From Candidatus Woesebacteria bacterium (GTDB taxonomy: Bacteria; Patescibacteriota; Microgenomatia; UBA8517), in the NCBI GenBank assembly GCA_003484955.1, contig DMZH01000002.1, positions 14,825 to 78,824 on the forward strand: a stretch of 64,000 nt of DNA, in the 5' to 3' direction. The notes beneath the pieces were generated by a model. That model was not told where the DNA came from, did not search any database, and was given only the letters and a program-made list of their open reading frames with translations. Position numbers and translations under genes: made by a program. Positions 18,562 through 27,988 of this stretch are shown here, in pieces. Every line of letters begins with the position of its first letter. The first letter of the stretch is position 1.

Positions 18562-20108
18562 TCCCTTTCCTCAAAAATAATTGGCTTTATCTGACAGGTG
18601 CGCTTTTGATTTTAGTTCTTTTTTTTCTCCGCTTTTACCATTTAACAATCTTTCCTGTTTTTGCCGATGAGGCAATTTATGTAAGATGGGCGCAGGTCAT
18701 GCGGGCAGAAGAAACCCTCCGATTTTTGCCTTTATCTGATGGAAAACAGCCTTTATTTATGTGGGTGTTGATTCCGTTTTTGAAATTTATTCGTGACCCT
18801 CTTGCCGCTGGAAGAACGGTATCTATTCTTTCAGGTTTTGGAACGATGATTGGAATTTCATATTTGTCATACCTTTTGTTTAAAAACAAAAAAGTTGCTC
18901 TTACTGCAGGTTTAATTTATGCCGTTTCCCCTTTTTCATTTTTCTTTGACCGGATGGCACTTGTTGATGCCGTGCTTGCGATGTTTGGCGTCTGGACATT
19001 TATTTTTACCTATCTGGCGTTCACCAAGGGGAGATTGGATTTCGCAATGTTTGCCGGGTTTACTCTCGGGGGGGCATGGCTCACAAAATCTCCGGCACTT
19101 TTTTTTGCAATTATGATTCCGACACTTTGGTTATTTATAAATTGGGCAAAAGGTTTTAAAAAAAATCTTTTTATTTTTCTCAAAGCTCTATCTCTATCTC
19201 TCATCATTTTGGCAATCGGCTACGGAATGTTTAATATTCTTCGTCTTGGACCCAATTTTCACCTGATAGCCTCAAGAAATCTGGACTACGTTTATCCGAT
19301 TAATCATTTTTTGGTGAGTCCTCTGGATCCACTTAAGCCATTCCTCTTGGCAGCGTGGCAATGGCTGGTAAAGATGGGGCCATGGCCATTACTGGTCCTA
19401 GGTTTAACTGGTTTATTGGTTAATTGGAAGAAAAACTGGAAACAAATGGTTGTTTTAACAATTTGGTTTTTGGGACCGATTATTGTTCAATCGGAATTCG
19501 CCAAAGTCTTTACCGCACGGTATATTTTCTTTACACTTCCGTTTTTGATTATCATTGCCGCCTCGGCATTTCTTGAAGAACGTAAAAATGTAGTAAAGAT
19601 TCTGGCTTTGGTATTGGTATTTTTTGTCAGCCAATCATTAGTTTTTGACTATCAACTTTTGGTAAATCCTGCCAAGGCCAATCTGCCCCGTAGCGAAAGA
19701 TCCGGATATCTTGAAGAGTGGACAGCGGGACAAGGCATTAAGGAGACCGCGGATTATCTTATTCAAAAACAGATATCAAATCCGGAGGAAAAAATTGTAA
19801 TTGGCACGGAGGGATATTTCGGGACGCTTCCCGACGGTCTTCAAATGTATCTTGAGGAATCTCCCCAAATTACGGCAATAGGGGTGGGGCTAAGTTTTGA
19901 CAACGTGCCACCGCAACTCCTTGGCTCCAAGAGATTTGGAGATAGGACATATCTTTTGGTTAATGCCTCGAGATTTTCCGGCGATTCCCTGTATCTGGGA
20001 TTAACAAAAGTTAAGGAGTTTCCCAAAGCCCAAAAACCCGACGGCACCCATGATTCACTGCTTTTATTTGAGGTGACAAATGAAGCGCTTAAAAATAAAG
20101 CCAATTAG
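18546..20108 (+). CDS. GT-C fold glycosyltransferase, ArnT (GT83)-like
   Basis: FPVFADEAIYVRWAQVMRAEE resembles the ArnT DE-x-R-Y-A loop. About 11 TM segments plus a C-terminal soluble domain. Start could also be 18531. Confidence 0.7.
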   Translation: MAKKLIPFLKNNWLYLTGALLILVLFFLRFYHLTIFPVFADEAIYVRWAQVMRAEETLRFLPLSDGKQPLFMWVLIPFLKFIRDPLAAGRTVSILSGFGTMIGISYLSYLLFKNKKVALTAGLIYAVSPFSFFFDRMALVDAVLAMFGVWTFIFTYLAFTKGRLDFAMFAGFTLGGAWLTKSPALFFAIMIPTLWLFINWAKGFKKNLFIFLKALSLSLIILAIGYGMFNILRLGPNFHLIASRNLDYVYPINHFLVSPLDPLKPFLLAAWQWLVKMGPWPLLVLGLTGLLVNWKKNWKQMVVLTIWFLGPIIVQSEFAKVFTARYIFFTLPFLIIIAASAFLEERKNVVKILALVLVFFVSQSLVFDYQLLVNPAKANLPRSERSGYLEEWTAGQGIKETADYLIQKQISNPEEKIVIGTEGYFGTLPDGLQMYLEESPQITAIGVGLSFDNVPPQLLGSKRFGDRTYLLVNASRFSGDSLYLGLTKVKEFPKAQKPDGTHDSLLLFEVTNEALKNKAN

Positions 20109-21465
20109 GGAAACCCTTAGAAAATATTTTCCCATTGTTCTGATAACCGCTTTGGCGGTGTTTCTCAGACTTTATTTGTTGGAAGAACGGGTTTCCTTTG
20201 ACGCAGACCAGGAGGAAATTGCGTTTAAAGCAAAAGAAATTTTATCCGGAAATCCTGTACTTTTGGGACCTAAAACAAGCCTTGGAGGTTTTTCCATAGG
20301 GCCTGGGTTCACCTATCTTTGGGCGATATTCGCTTTCTTTTTAAAGGGGAATCCAATATCAGGAGCCTACCTTTCCGTATTTTTGGGAATACTTTTTATT
20401 GTGGGTATTTACTTAGTCACAAGAAAAGTATTTTCGGAAAATGTTGGACTTATCCTATCTTTCATTTCGGCTTTGTCTGTCAGCTTTATTTCGTGGGATC
20501 AAAATCCCTGGGCCCCTTCGTTATTTTATTTATCGGAAATCATCACTTTCTACGGAATATATTTATCAAGTTCAAAAAAATACGGTTTGCCAATTGCGGC
20601 TCTCGGTTTGGCAATAGGTTTTCAATCACACTTTGCAGTCTTTTTGCTCATCTTGCCGGTTGCGATTTATTTACTTATCTATCGTCCGGTTGTAGAAAAG
20701 AAAAACACAATTACATCTTTCTTAGTTCTTACTCTTTCAGTTTTGCCCGTTGTTATTTTTGATTTATTTAATGGATTTATTAATCTTCAAAGACTTTTAT
20801 TGATTTTTTCTCTGGGACGGGAAGGATTAACTTCTCCGGTAGCGAAGATTGTGACTACACTCGTTTCGAATTCAACGAACATCCTCTGGCTGCATTTTTC
20901 AATTCCGGTAAGCCGTCTAATTTTTGTCACCACCGTCTTATATTCTTTTTGGGGAATATTCAGAAATAAAAGTTATCGTCCGCTTCTTATTCTTTCCAAT
21001 CTTTTTCTTTTTATTCCATTCTTCATTTTTCTTTTTTATAAGGCAAATTTCTCCGAATACTATTTGATGACTGCAGTAATTCCTTTTTTGATTCTTTTGG
21101 GATTTATGTTTTCGACAATTAAAAATAAATTTGTAGCCCTTCTAATTCTTGGTATTTTTTCGTTTCTGAATGTTAAAAGTTTTATTTTTATATATAAACC
21201 AATGAATCTTCACGCAAAAGAACAGATCGTCCAAGAGATTGTTAAAATGGGAGGAGAAAGCGGTTATGGAGTTTCTCTGAGTACTGAATTGGGGTATGGT
21301 TTCGGCTACTCATATATTTTTGAGTATTACAATGCAAAACCGGATACACCACCTCTTAAAAATCAACAAAGAATTTTTACGATAGTTGCTCCATCCGGAT
21401 ACAGAGGGATAGAACCCATGATGGGGGTGGATGGGATCGGTTTACGTTGGGAGGGGTTGAAATAA
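20080..21465 (+). CDS. GT-C-like polytopic membrane protein (paralogue of 5446/7939 subfamily)
   Basis: SFDADQEEIAFKAKEIL...LLGPKTSLGGFSIGPGFTY parallels the DEGRD...GPGTSVGG motif of 5446. Polytopic. Confidence 0.65.
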   Translation: MKRLKIKPIRETLRKYFPIVLITALAVFLRLYLLEERVSFDADQEEIAFKAKEILSGNPVLLGPKTSLGGFSIGPGFTYLWAIFAFFLKGNPISGAYLSVFLGILFIVGIYLVTRKVFSENVGLILSFISALSVSFISWDQNPWAPSLFYLSEIITFYGIYLSSSKKYGLPIAALGLAIGFQSHFAVFLLILPVAIYLLIYRPVVEKKNTITSFLVLTLSVLPVVIFDLFNGFINLQRLLLIFSLGREGLTSPVAKIVTTLVSNSTNILWLHFSIPVSRLIFVTTVLYSFWGIFRNKSYRPLLILSNLFLFIPFFIFLFYKANFSEYYLMTAVIPFLILLGFMFSTIKNKFVALLILGIFSFLNVKSFIFIYKPMNLHAKEQIVQEIVKMGGESGYGVSLSTELGYGFGYSYIFEYYNAKPDTPPLKNQQRIFTIVAPSGYRGIEPMMGVDGIGLRWEGLK

Positions 21466-21489
21466 TCACAACGTGGTAAAATTTAGACT

Positions 21490-22986
21490 ATGAATGCAGA
21501 AGATATGGACTCTCATCTGGACCCGACTACAGAAATATCCCTGGAAACCGTAAAAAAGCGTTCCGTGCGGGGGGTGGTGGTCCTCACAGGTAGAACATTT
21601 TTACTTCAGGTTATTACTCTTGTTGCCCAACTTTTCCTGTTTGCTTATTTAGGTAAGTATGAATTTGGAGTTTTTGCGATAGTTTCTGCAATAATTAATT
21701 TTTTAGTCTATTTTTCCGATGTAGGCCTTGCCGCAGCCCTTATCCAGAAAAAGGACAGACCAACAGACACGGATTTGAAGACAACTTTTCTTGTTCAACA
21801 GCTCTTGGTAATTGTAATAATCGCAGTTGTTTTTCTTTTAAGCCCATTTTTTACCCAAAAATTTTCCCTTGATAATGATGGGCAAATACTTTTGTACGCT
21901 CTTGCTGCCTCACTTCTTTTTTCCTCGTTGAAAAGCATTCCATCGGTTCTTTTGGAACGGAAACTTGAATTTGTAAAATTGGCATTTCCTCAAATTCTGG
22001 AACAGGTTGTCTATAACGTTGTTCTGGTTTTTTTGGCGATGAAAGGGTTTGGACTTAAAAGTTTTACGGTTGCCATTCTTGCCCGCGGAATTGTAGGGCT
22101 TATAACAATCTATATTCTTCAACCATGGAAGCCCGGTATTGCGTTTTCCGGAAAAACTTTGTCGGAACTTTTTAAATTCGGAATTCCATACCAAATCAAT
22201 ACTTTTCTGGCGACTTTTAAAGACGACGGAATGACACTGGTTTTGGGAAGTATTTTGGGTCCTGTCGGGGTCGGAGTCCTTTCCTTTGCCCAAAAAGTTG
22301 CCAGATTTCCGCTTACGTTTTTTATGGACACTGTTACCCGCGTAACATTCCCGGCGTTTTCCAGGATGCAGGATTCAAAGAGTGATTTGGAAAGAAGCGT
22401 CACAAGATCAATATTCTTTATTTGTCTTTTGGTTTTTCCAAGTCTGGCCGGTATTTCAATTTTGGCTCCGATCTTGATACAGGTTATACCAAGATACAAT
22501 CAATGGACTCCTGCACTCATTCCGATTGTTTTTATTTCTATTAATTTCGTTTTTGCTGCCGCAACAACTCAGCTGACAAATCTTCTCAATGCAATCGGAA
22601 AAATTAAAATCACTTTCTATTTGATGATAATGTGGACGGTTCTCACTTGGGCCTTTATTCCCATTCTGGCAATTAAGTTTAGTGTAATCGGTGCCGCAAT
22701 TGGCTATGCATTGGTAGGAGCTTCATCAGTTGTGGCAATATTTATCACCAAAAAATACGTTAATTTTTCGATTACCGACTCAATGATAAAGCCGGCAGTC
22801 GGCACAATGGTTATGAGTGTGGTGCTTATAATTGCGCGCAGATTTTTATCTGTTACTTTGACCTCGATGGAAGAGCTCATTGCAATCGGTGCGGTTGTAT
22901 ATATTACCTCAATGATTTCCATGGTCGGGCTTAGCCTTATCGAAGATGCTAAAAGAAGCTTTAAAACAATTTTTGCAAAAAAGTAA
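21490..22986 (+). CDS. wzx: Wzx-type oligosaccharide flippase (MOP superfamily polysaccharide biosynthesis protein)
   Basis: 498 aa with about 14 TM segments. N-terminal pattern GVVVLTGRTFLLQVITLVAQLFLFAYLG...FSDVGLAAALIQK is typical of Wzx/RfbX. An extended -10-like TGGTAAAAT lies 7 nt upstream. Confidence 0.75.
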   Translation: MNAEDMDSHLDPTTEISLETVKKRSVRGVVVLTGRTFLLQVITLVAQLFLFAYLGKYEFGVFAIVSAIINFLVYFSDVGLAAALIQKKDRPTDTDLKTTFLVQQLLVIVIIAVVFLLSPFFTQKFSLDNDGQILLYALAASLLFSSLKSIPSVLLERKLEFVKLAFPQILEQVVYNVVLVFLAMKGFGLKSFTVAILARGIVGLITIYILQPWKPGIAFSGKTLSELFKFGIPYQINTFLATFKDDGMTLVLGSILGPVGVGVLSFAQKVARFPLTFFMDTVTRVTFPAFSRMQDSKSDLERSVTRSIFFICLLVFPSLAGISILAPILIQVIPRYNQWTPALIPIVFISINFVFAAATTQLTNLLNAIGKIKITFYLMIMWTVLTWAFIPILAIKFSVIGAAIGYALVGASSVVAIFITKKYVNFSITDSMIKPAVGTMVMSVVLIIARRFLSVTLTSMEELIAIGAVVYITSMISMVGLSLIEDAKRSFKTIFAKK

Positions 22987-24670
22987 GGCAGTAGCTCTTA
23001 TTTTGGCAGGTACAATTACGTGGTCACTGGTCATGGTTAGATCCGGACTTTGTTGGAACATCGGATGTACTGGTGGCCTTGGTTTTTGGGGAGCGAACGG
23101 GCATGATGGTATTTGGCACCTGGCCTTGATTAATAATTTTGCTGCAGGCAATTTTCAGATGCCAACCTTTGCGGGATGGGGAATTCAGAATTATCATCTT
23201 GGTTTTGATCTCTTGCTTTCGTGGATTGTGAAATTAACCGGTATCACGCCGTCTTTCCTGTATTTTCAAATAATACCTCCGGTATTAGCACTCCTGATAG
23301 GACTTCTTGTATACAAATTTGTATATCTTTGGAGAAAATCGGAAGGAGAATCTCTACTGGCCGTATTTTTTGTATATTTTGGTGGGAGTTTCGGATGGCT
23401 GATCTTACTTTTCAGAGGGCAAGGTTGGGGTGGTGAGAGCATGTTTTGGGCGCAGCAATCAATCTCAACACTTATTAATCCGCCATTCGCACTTTCTTTG
23501 ATAACAATTCTTTCAGGACTTATTTTCCTCCTGAAATATTTAAAGAATAAATCAACGGTTTTCCTTTTTTTGACCATTTTCTTTTTTGGCATATCAATTT
23601 TTATCAAAGTGTATGCGGGTCTTTTGGTTTTATCATCAATTTTGGCGGGTTCGGTTTGGCAGATTGTCAAAAAGAAAGGTTATTCACTGTTGTGGATTGC
23701 TCTTTTGTCTATAGCCGTTTCGGTTTTCCTGTTTATTCCTTTTAACAAATCCTCCGTTGGTTTGATTTTGTATAGTCCTTTCTGGTTTCTGGAAACAATG
23801 ATGACCCTAACGGATAGGTTCAATTGGCAAAAACTATTTTCAGCAATGACAACCTACAAGATGGGACACATATGGCTTAAAGCAATATTGGCCTACTCCC
23901 TGGCGTTTACCATTTTTATGGTCGGAAATTTCGGAACAAGAATCATTGCTTTTAGAACGCTTTTAAAAAAACCTAAGACACTTTTATCCGCGGGGCCGGT
24001 GGAAGTATTTTTGTTTGTCATGATTTTGGCAGGAATAATTGTTCCCACTTTTTTTGTTCAAAAAGGAACCCCCTGGAATACAATTCAATTTTTCTACTAC
24101 TCTTTGGTCTTTAGTGGAATAGTGGCGGGAATTGCTGTATGGAATTTTGTTAAAAGACAGCCACTCCTTAAGCGTGGTTTAATAATTATCTTGTTTGTTC
24201 TTTTTACCATTCCGACAACTGTTGCGTCGATGGGGCACTACTTGCCGGCCAAACCACAGTCGATGCTTCCGGGGGGTGAGGTGGAAGCATTGAAATTTTT
24301 GTCAGGGCAACCCAGAGGGGTGGTCCTGACATATCCGTATGACGCGGAGAAGTCCGCAAAAGCACCTGCTCCAAGACCTCTTTTCCTGTATACGTCAACA
24401 GCTTACGTCTCTGCGTTTTCGGGGCAGCCGGTATTTTTGGAAGACCAGATAAACCTTGATATCATGCAATACCCCTGGAGTGAAAGAAGAAAGTCTGTTG
24501 AGGATTTTCTAAATACATTCGATATAGATATGGCGAAAAGCTTTCTAAAGGAAAACAACATAGCATACGTTTATTGGCTAAAGGATCAGCACGCCAGACA
24601 AGGAGATGCTCAGCTTGGGTTAACGCGAATATTTCAAAATGGTGAGGTTACAATTTTTAAAGTAAACTAA
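22946..24670 (+). CDS. large polytopic membrane protein with a C-terminal extracytoplasmic domain; GT-C candidate (YfhO/PTPS-related-like?)
   Basis: First loop WGANGHDGIWHLALI. 12 or more TM segments. Soluble C-terminal domain ends ...LGLTRIFQNGEVTIFKVN. Clear paralogue of the minus-strand gene 31379..33211. Confidence 0.65.
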   Translation: MLKEALKQFLQKSKAVALILAGTITWSLVMVRSGLCWNIGCTGGLGFWGANGHDGIWHLALINNFAAGNFQMPTFAGWGIQNYHLGFDLLLSWIVKLTGITPSFLYFQIIPPVLALLIGLLVYKFVYLWRKSEGESLLAVFFVYFGGSFGWLILLFRGQGWGGESMFWAQQSISTLINPPFALSLITILSGLIFLLKYLKNKSTVFLFLTIFFFGISIFIKVYAGLLVLSSILAGSVWQIVKKKGYSLLWIALLSIAVSVFLFIPFNKSSVGLILYSPFWFLETMMTLTDRFNWQKLFSAMTTYKMGHIWLKAILAYSLAFTIFMVGNFGTRIIAFRTLLKKPKTLLSAGPVEVFLFVMILAGIIVPTFFVQKGTPWNTIQFFYYSLVFSGIVAGIAVWNFVKRQPLLKRGLIIILFVLFTIPTTVASMGHYLPAKPQSMLPGGEVEALKFLSGQPRGVVLTYPYDAEKSAKAPAPRPLFLYTSTAYVSAFSGQPVFLEDQINLDIMQYPWSERRKSVEDFLNTFDIDMAKSFLKENNIAYVYWLKDQHARQGDAQLGLTRIFQNGEVTIFKVN

Positions 24671-24675
24671 AGAAA

Positions 24676-26346
24676 ATGAAGAAAATATTTTGGGTAATTC
24701 TTATCACGCTTTTGACTATTCCGACATTTTTAAATTTAGTAAGATCCGGTTTTTTCCCAATGCAGGATGACCTTCAGGCGTTCAGGGTTTATGAGATGGA
24801 TAAATGTTTTGAGGATTTCCAGATTCCCTGCAGATGGGTTCCGGATGCCGGATATCAATATGGCTACCCCCAGTTTAATTTTTACCCGCCGCTTCCTTAT
24901 TATCTTGGTGCCGTAATGCACAGGGTTGGAATTCAGTATATCGATGTAGTAAAAATACTGTTTATTTTAGGCTACGCTCTCTCCGCACTTACAATGTATG
25001 TCCTGGTAAGTGATCTCCTGAAAAGTAAATGGCCTGGGTTCGTTGCTTCAGTGCTTTATACGTACATTCCTTATAAAGCAGTAGAGGTTTATGTAAGGGG
25101 AGCTTTAAGTGAATTTTGGGCACAGATATTTTTCCCGCTGATTCTCTGGGCAATTTATAAGCTTATAAAAACCGGAAAATCTAAATATTTGATTTGGATG
25201 TCGGTTTCTATTTTCTTCCTGATGACAACACATGTTCTGATGGCGATGATTTTTGTTCCGGTTGCTCTAGCTTGGGCATTATTTTGGTTATTTGAAGGTA
25301 GGTGGAAAAATTTAGGCAAGATATTTTGGGGTGGGGTGTTGGGTTTTAGCTTATCCGCATTTTTTGTCTTGCCGGTTCTTTTTGAAAAGCAATTTGTGCA
25401 TAGTGAAGGAATTTTATCCGGTTATTTTGATTACAGGCAGCATTTTGTGAGTTTATACAAACTTTTTATTTCCAGGGAATGGGGGTATGGATCTTCCGGA
25501 TTTCCAAACGAAAAATTGAACCTGTCTCTCGGAACTGTCCAATGGATTCTCGGACTGGTTGCGGCTCCAATACTGGCAATTATGAATTTGAAAAGAAATA
25601 AAAAAATTTCAATTTTGACTCTGGGTATTTCTGCGGCAGGTCTAGTCAGCATTTTTATGATTCATATGAAATCCAGTTTTATATGGGCAAAACTGCCGTT
25701 TTTATGGTATTTGCAATTCCCGTGGAGATTTTTGGCTGTTTCCATATTTTTACTTTGTCTTGCGGCGGGTATTGCGATTTATTTAATCCCCAAGGGAAAG
25801 TACATTTTAGGAGGATTGGTGCTTCTGGCCGTGGTTATTTTGAATATTGGTTTTTATGTTCCGAAGGATTGGCTAACTATCAATGACTCCGAAAAGTTTT
25901 CGGGAGTTTCCTGGCAAAAGCAGCTTACAATCAGCATTTTTGACTACTTGCCGATTTATGCAAAACTTCCCCCTATCTCAGCTGCTCCCGATTTGCCGGA
26001 AGTATTGGACGGAACGGCAGAATTTTCCGATTATCGAAAGGGCAGCGATTTCCAGACAGGAAGTGTGGAAGTTTTGGCCGATGCAACGCTTCGCCTGCCG
26101 CTTTTTGACTTTCCCGGTATGCAGGTTAAGGTAAACGGGGTAGTTATCAATCATGGCCACAATGACTGCCGAAATGAAGAGTTTTGCCTGGGGCTTGTCA
26201 GCTTTAAATTACCGGAGGGTAAATATTACATTGAAACCAGGTTGACGGATACTCCGGTCAGGAAAATTGGCAACTATTTGTCCCTCACTGGCATTGTTGT
26301 TGTTTTTTGGTTGATAATTAAGAAGAATGAAAAAACTATTAAATAA
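24676..26346 (+). CDS. PTPS-related/YfhO-like polytopic membrane protein (GT-C candidate), tandem paralogue 1 of 3
   Basis: First loop VRSGFFPMQDDLQAFRVYEM...FQIPCRWVPD. Pattern is FP-W-RF. C-terminal beta-rich soluble domain. Confidence 0.65.
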   Translation: MKKIFWVILITLLTIPTFLNLVRSGFFPMQDDLQAFRVYEMDKCFEDFQIPCRWVPDAGYQYGYPQFNFYPPLPYYLGAVMHRVGIQYIDVVKILFILGYALSALTMYVLVSDLLKSKWPGFVASVLYTYIPYKAVEVYVRGALSEFWAQIFFPLILWAIYKLIKTGKSKYLIWMSVSIFFLMTTHVLMAMIFVPVALAWALFWLFEGRWKNLGKIFWGGVLGFSLSAFFVLPVLFEKQFVHSEGILSGYFDYRQHFVSLYKLFISREWGYGSSGFPNEKLNLSLGTVQWILGLVAAPILAIMNLKRNKKISILTLGISAAGLVSIFMIHMKSSFIWAKLPFLWYLQFPWRFLAVSIFLLCLAAGIAIYLIPKGKYILGGLVLLAVVILNIGFYVPKDWLTINDSEKFSGVSWQKQLTISIFDYLPIYAKLPPISAAPDLPEVLDGTAEFSDYRKGSDFQTGSVEVLADATLRLPLFDFPGMQVKVNGVVINHGHNDCRNEEFCLGLVSFKLPEGKYYIETRLTDTPVRKIGNYLSLTGIVVVFWLIIKKNEKTIK

Positions 26347-27988
26347 ACACTGGCCGTATTTGCTTATTTTTGGTTTGAGTTTTTTGGTAACATGGCCGCT
26401 TTTTAGATACGGTTATTTTTCTCACCAGGATGATCTGCAGATCATCCGGATTTTTGAAATGCGCAAGTGTTTTACCGACTTTCAAATTCCTTGCCGGTGG
26501 GTTTCCGATATGGGATGGGGAAACGGTTTTCCGTTATTCAATTTTTATGGCGTTTCGACATATTATTTTGGCGCTGTTTTAAGCTATTTAACCGGTTTTA
26601 TAGGGGCTTCAAAAATACTCTTTTATGTCTCCCTTACTGCCGGTAGTTTTGGAATTTACCTGCTTGGCAAAAGTCTTTGGGGAAAATTACCAGGTGTGAT
26701 TTCGGCAATACTTTATCTCTTTGCTCCTTACAAAGCCCTTGATGTTTATGTCAGGGGTGCCCTAGCGGAAGGCCTTGCATTGACTTTAATTCCGTTTGTT
26801 TTTTATTTTGGCTATAAATTAGCAACTTCATCGGAAAAGAGAAAATACGGCACCTTATTTGCCATTTTCGTTTTCATATTTATGATTACACACAACATTA
26901 TGGTTCTAATTTTCTTACCTGTTTTAATTGCCTGGCTGGTTTACTGGATTTCTTTGGATAAATGGAAAAATATCAAAAATGTGGCGATACCAATGGTGTT
27001 GGGTATTGGTTTATCTGCTTTTTTTATACTTCCTGCTTTCTTTGAAAAAAATCTGGTTCAAACTGAGTCTTTGCTCCGTTTTGAATTGGATTTCCGCGCT
27101 AACTACCTAAAAGTGAGCCAACTGTTTTTTGACCGCATATGGGGATACGGTACTTCTATACCGGGTCCTGAAGGTGGAATGAATTTTCAGATAGGTTGGC
27201 CGAATTGGTGGTTAGCTGCGATATCTTTGCCGTTGTTGTTTGTGGCAAAAATTAAAAAGAAAATGAAAATTTTGGTGGCTCTGATCTTGGGAACTTTTGC
27301 CCTGTCGGTTTTTATGACACACAATAAATCAACATTTATTTGGGTGAACATAAGTTTGCTCAAATATTTCCAATTTCCCTGGCGTTTTTTGTCCCTTTCA
27401 ATTTTTACATCCGCCCTTCTCGGAGGATTTGTTGTCTCGGTGGTAAAAACTAAGTGGCAGATTTATGTCAGTCTCTTAATTATTATTTTGTCGATAGTGT
27501 TTAATTGGAATTACTTTAAACCAAAAGTTTTTTATCCTGTAAACGATTCACAAAAACTTTCAGGAGAGCTTTGGGATCAGCAAAAGAAAGGGGCGCTTTT
27601 GGACTATTTACCCAAAACCGCACTGGAGCCCAGAGAAGCCGCACCAGCAGGACCGATTATAAAATCCGGTCAGGTGGAAACAATTGGTTTTGTCAATCGT
27701 TCGAATAGTTGGGAATTTACAGCCAAAGTTGCAAACAAAGCTGAAATAGAAATCCCGGTTTTCTATTTTCCCAACTGGAAAGTTAATGTTGACGGCAAGA
27801 CATATCCTTTTTCCTACAATAATATCTTGGGTAGAATTTCGGTATCTCTCAACCCGGGTGAGTATAAAATAGAGGGCAAGTTTGAAAACACACTCTTAAG
27901 GATGGTTGCTAATGCAATCACAATCGTAAGTGTGGTGGGGCTTGTTGGTTACGCAGCATATGAAAAAAACAAAAAGCGTACTGTCTAA
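26327..27988 (+). CDS. PTPS-related/YfhO-like membrane protein, tandem paralogue 2
   Basis: YFSHQDDLQIIRIFEM...FQIPCRWVSD...FQFPWRFLSLS is collinear with 24676. Confidence 0.65.
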   Translation: MKKLLNKHWPYLLIFGLSFLVTWPLFRYGYFSHQDDLQIIRIFEMRKCFTDFQIPCRWVSDMGWGNGFPLFNFYGVSTYYFGAVLSYLTGFIGASKILFYVSLTAGSFGIYLLGKSLWGKLPGVISAILYLFAPYKALDVYVRGALAEGLALTLIPFVFYFGYKLATSSEKRKYGTLFAIFVFIFMITHNIMVLIFLPVLIAWLVYWISLDKWKNIKNVAIPMVLGIGLSAFFILPAFFEKNLVQTESLLRFELDFRANYLKVSQLFFDRIWGYGTSIPGPEGGMNFQIGWPNWWLAAISLPLLFVAKIKKKMKILVALILGTFALSVFMTHNKSTFIWVNISLLKYFQFPWRFLSLSIFTSALLGGFVVSVVKTKWQIYVSLLIIILSIVFNWNYFKPKVFYPVNDSQKLSGELWDQQKKGALLDYLPKTALEPREAAPAGPIIKSGQVETIGFVNRSNSWEFTAKVANKAEIEIPVFYFPNWKVNVDGKTYPFSYNNILGRISVSLNPGEYKIEGKFENTLLRMVANAITIVSVVGLVGYAAYEKNKKRTV

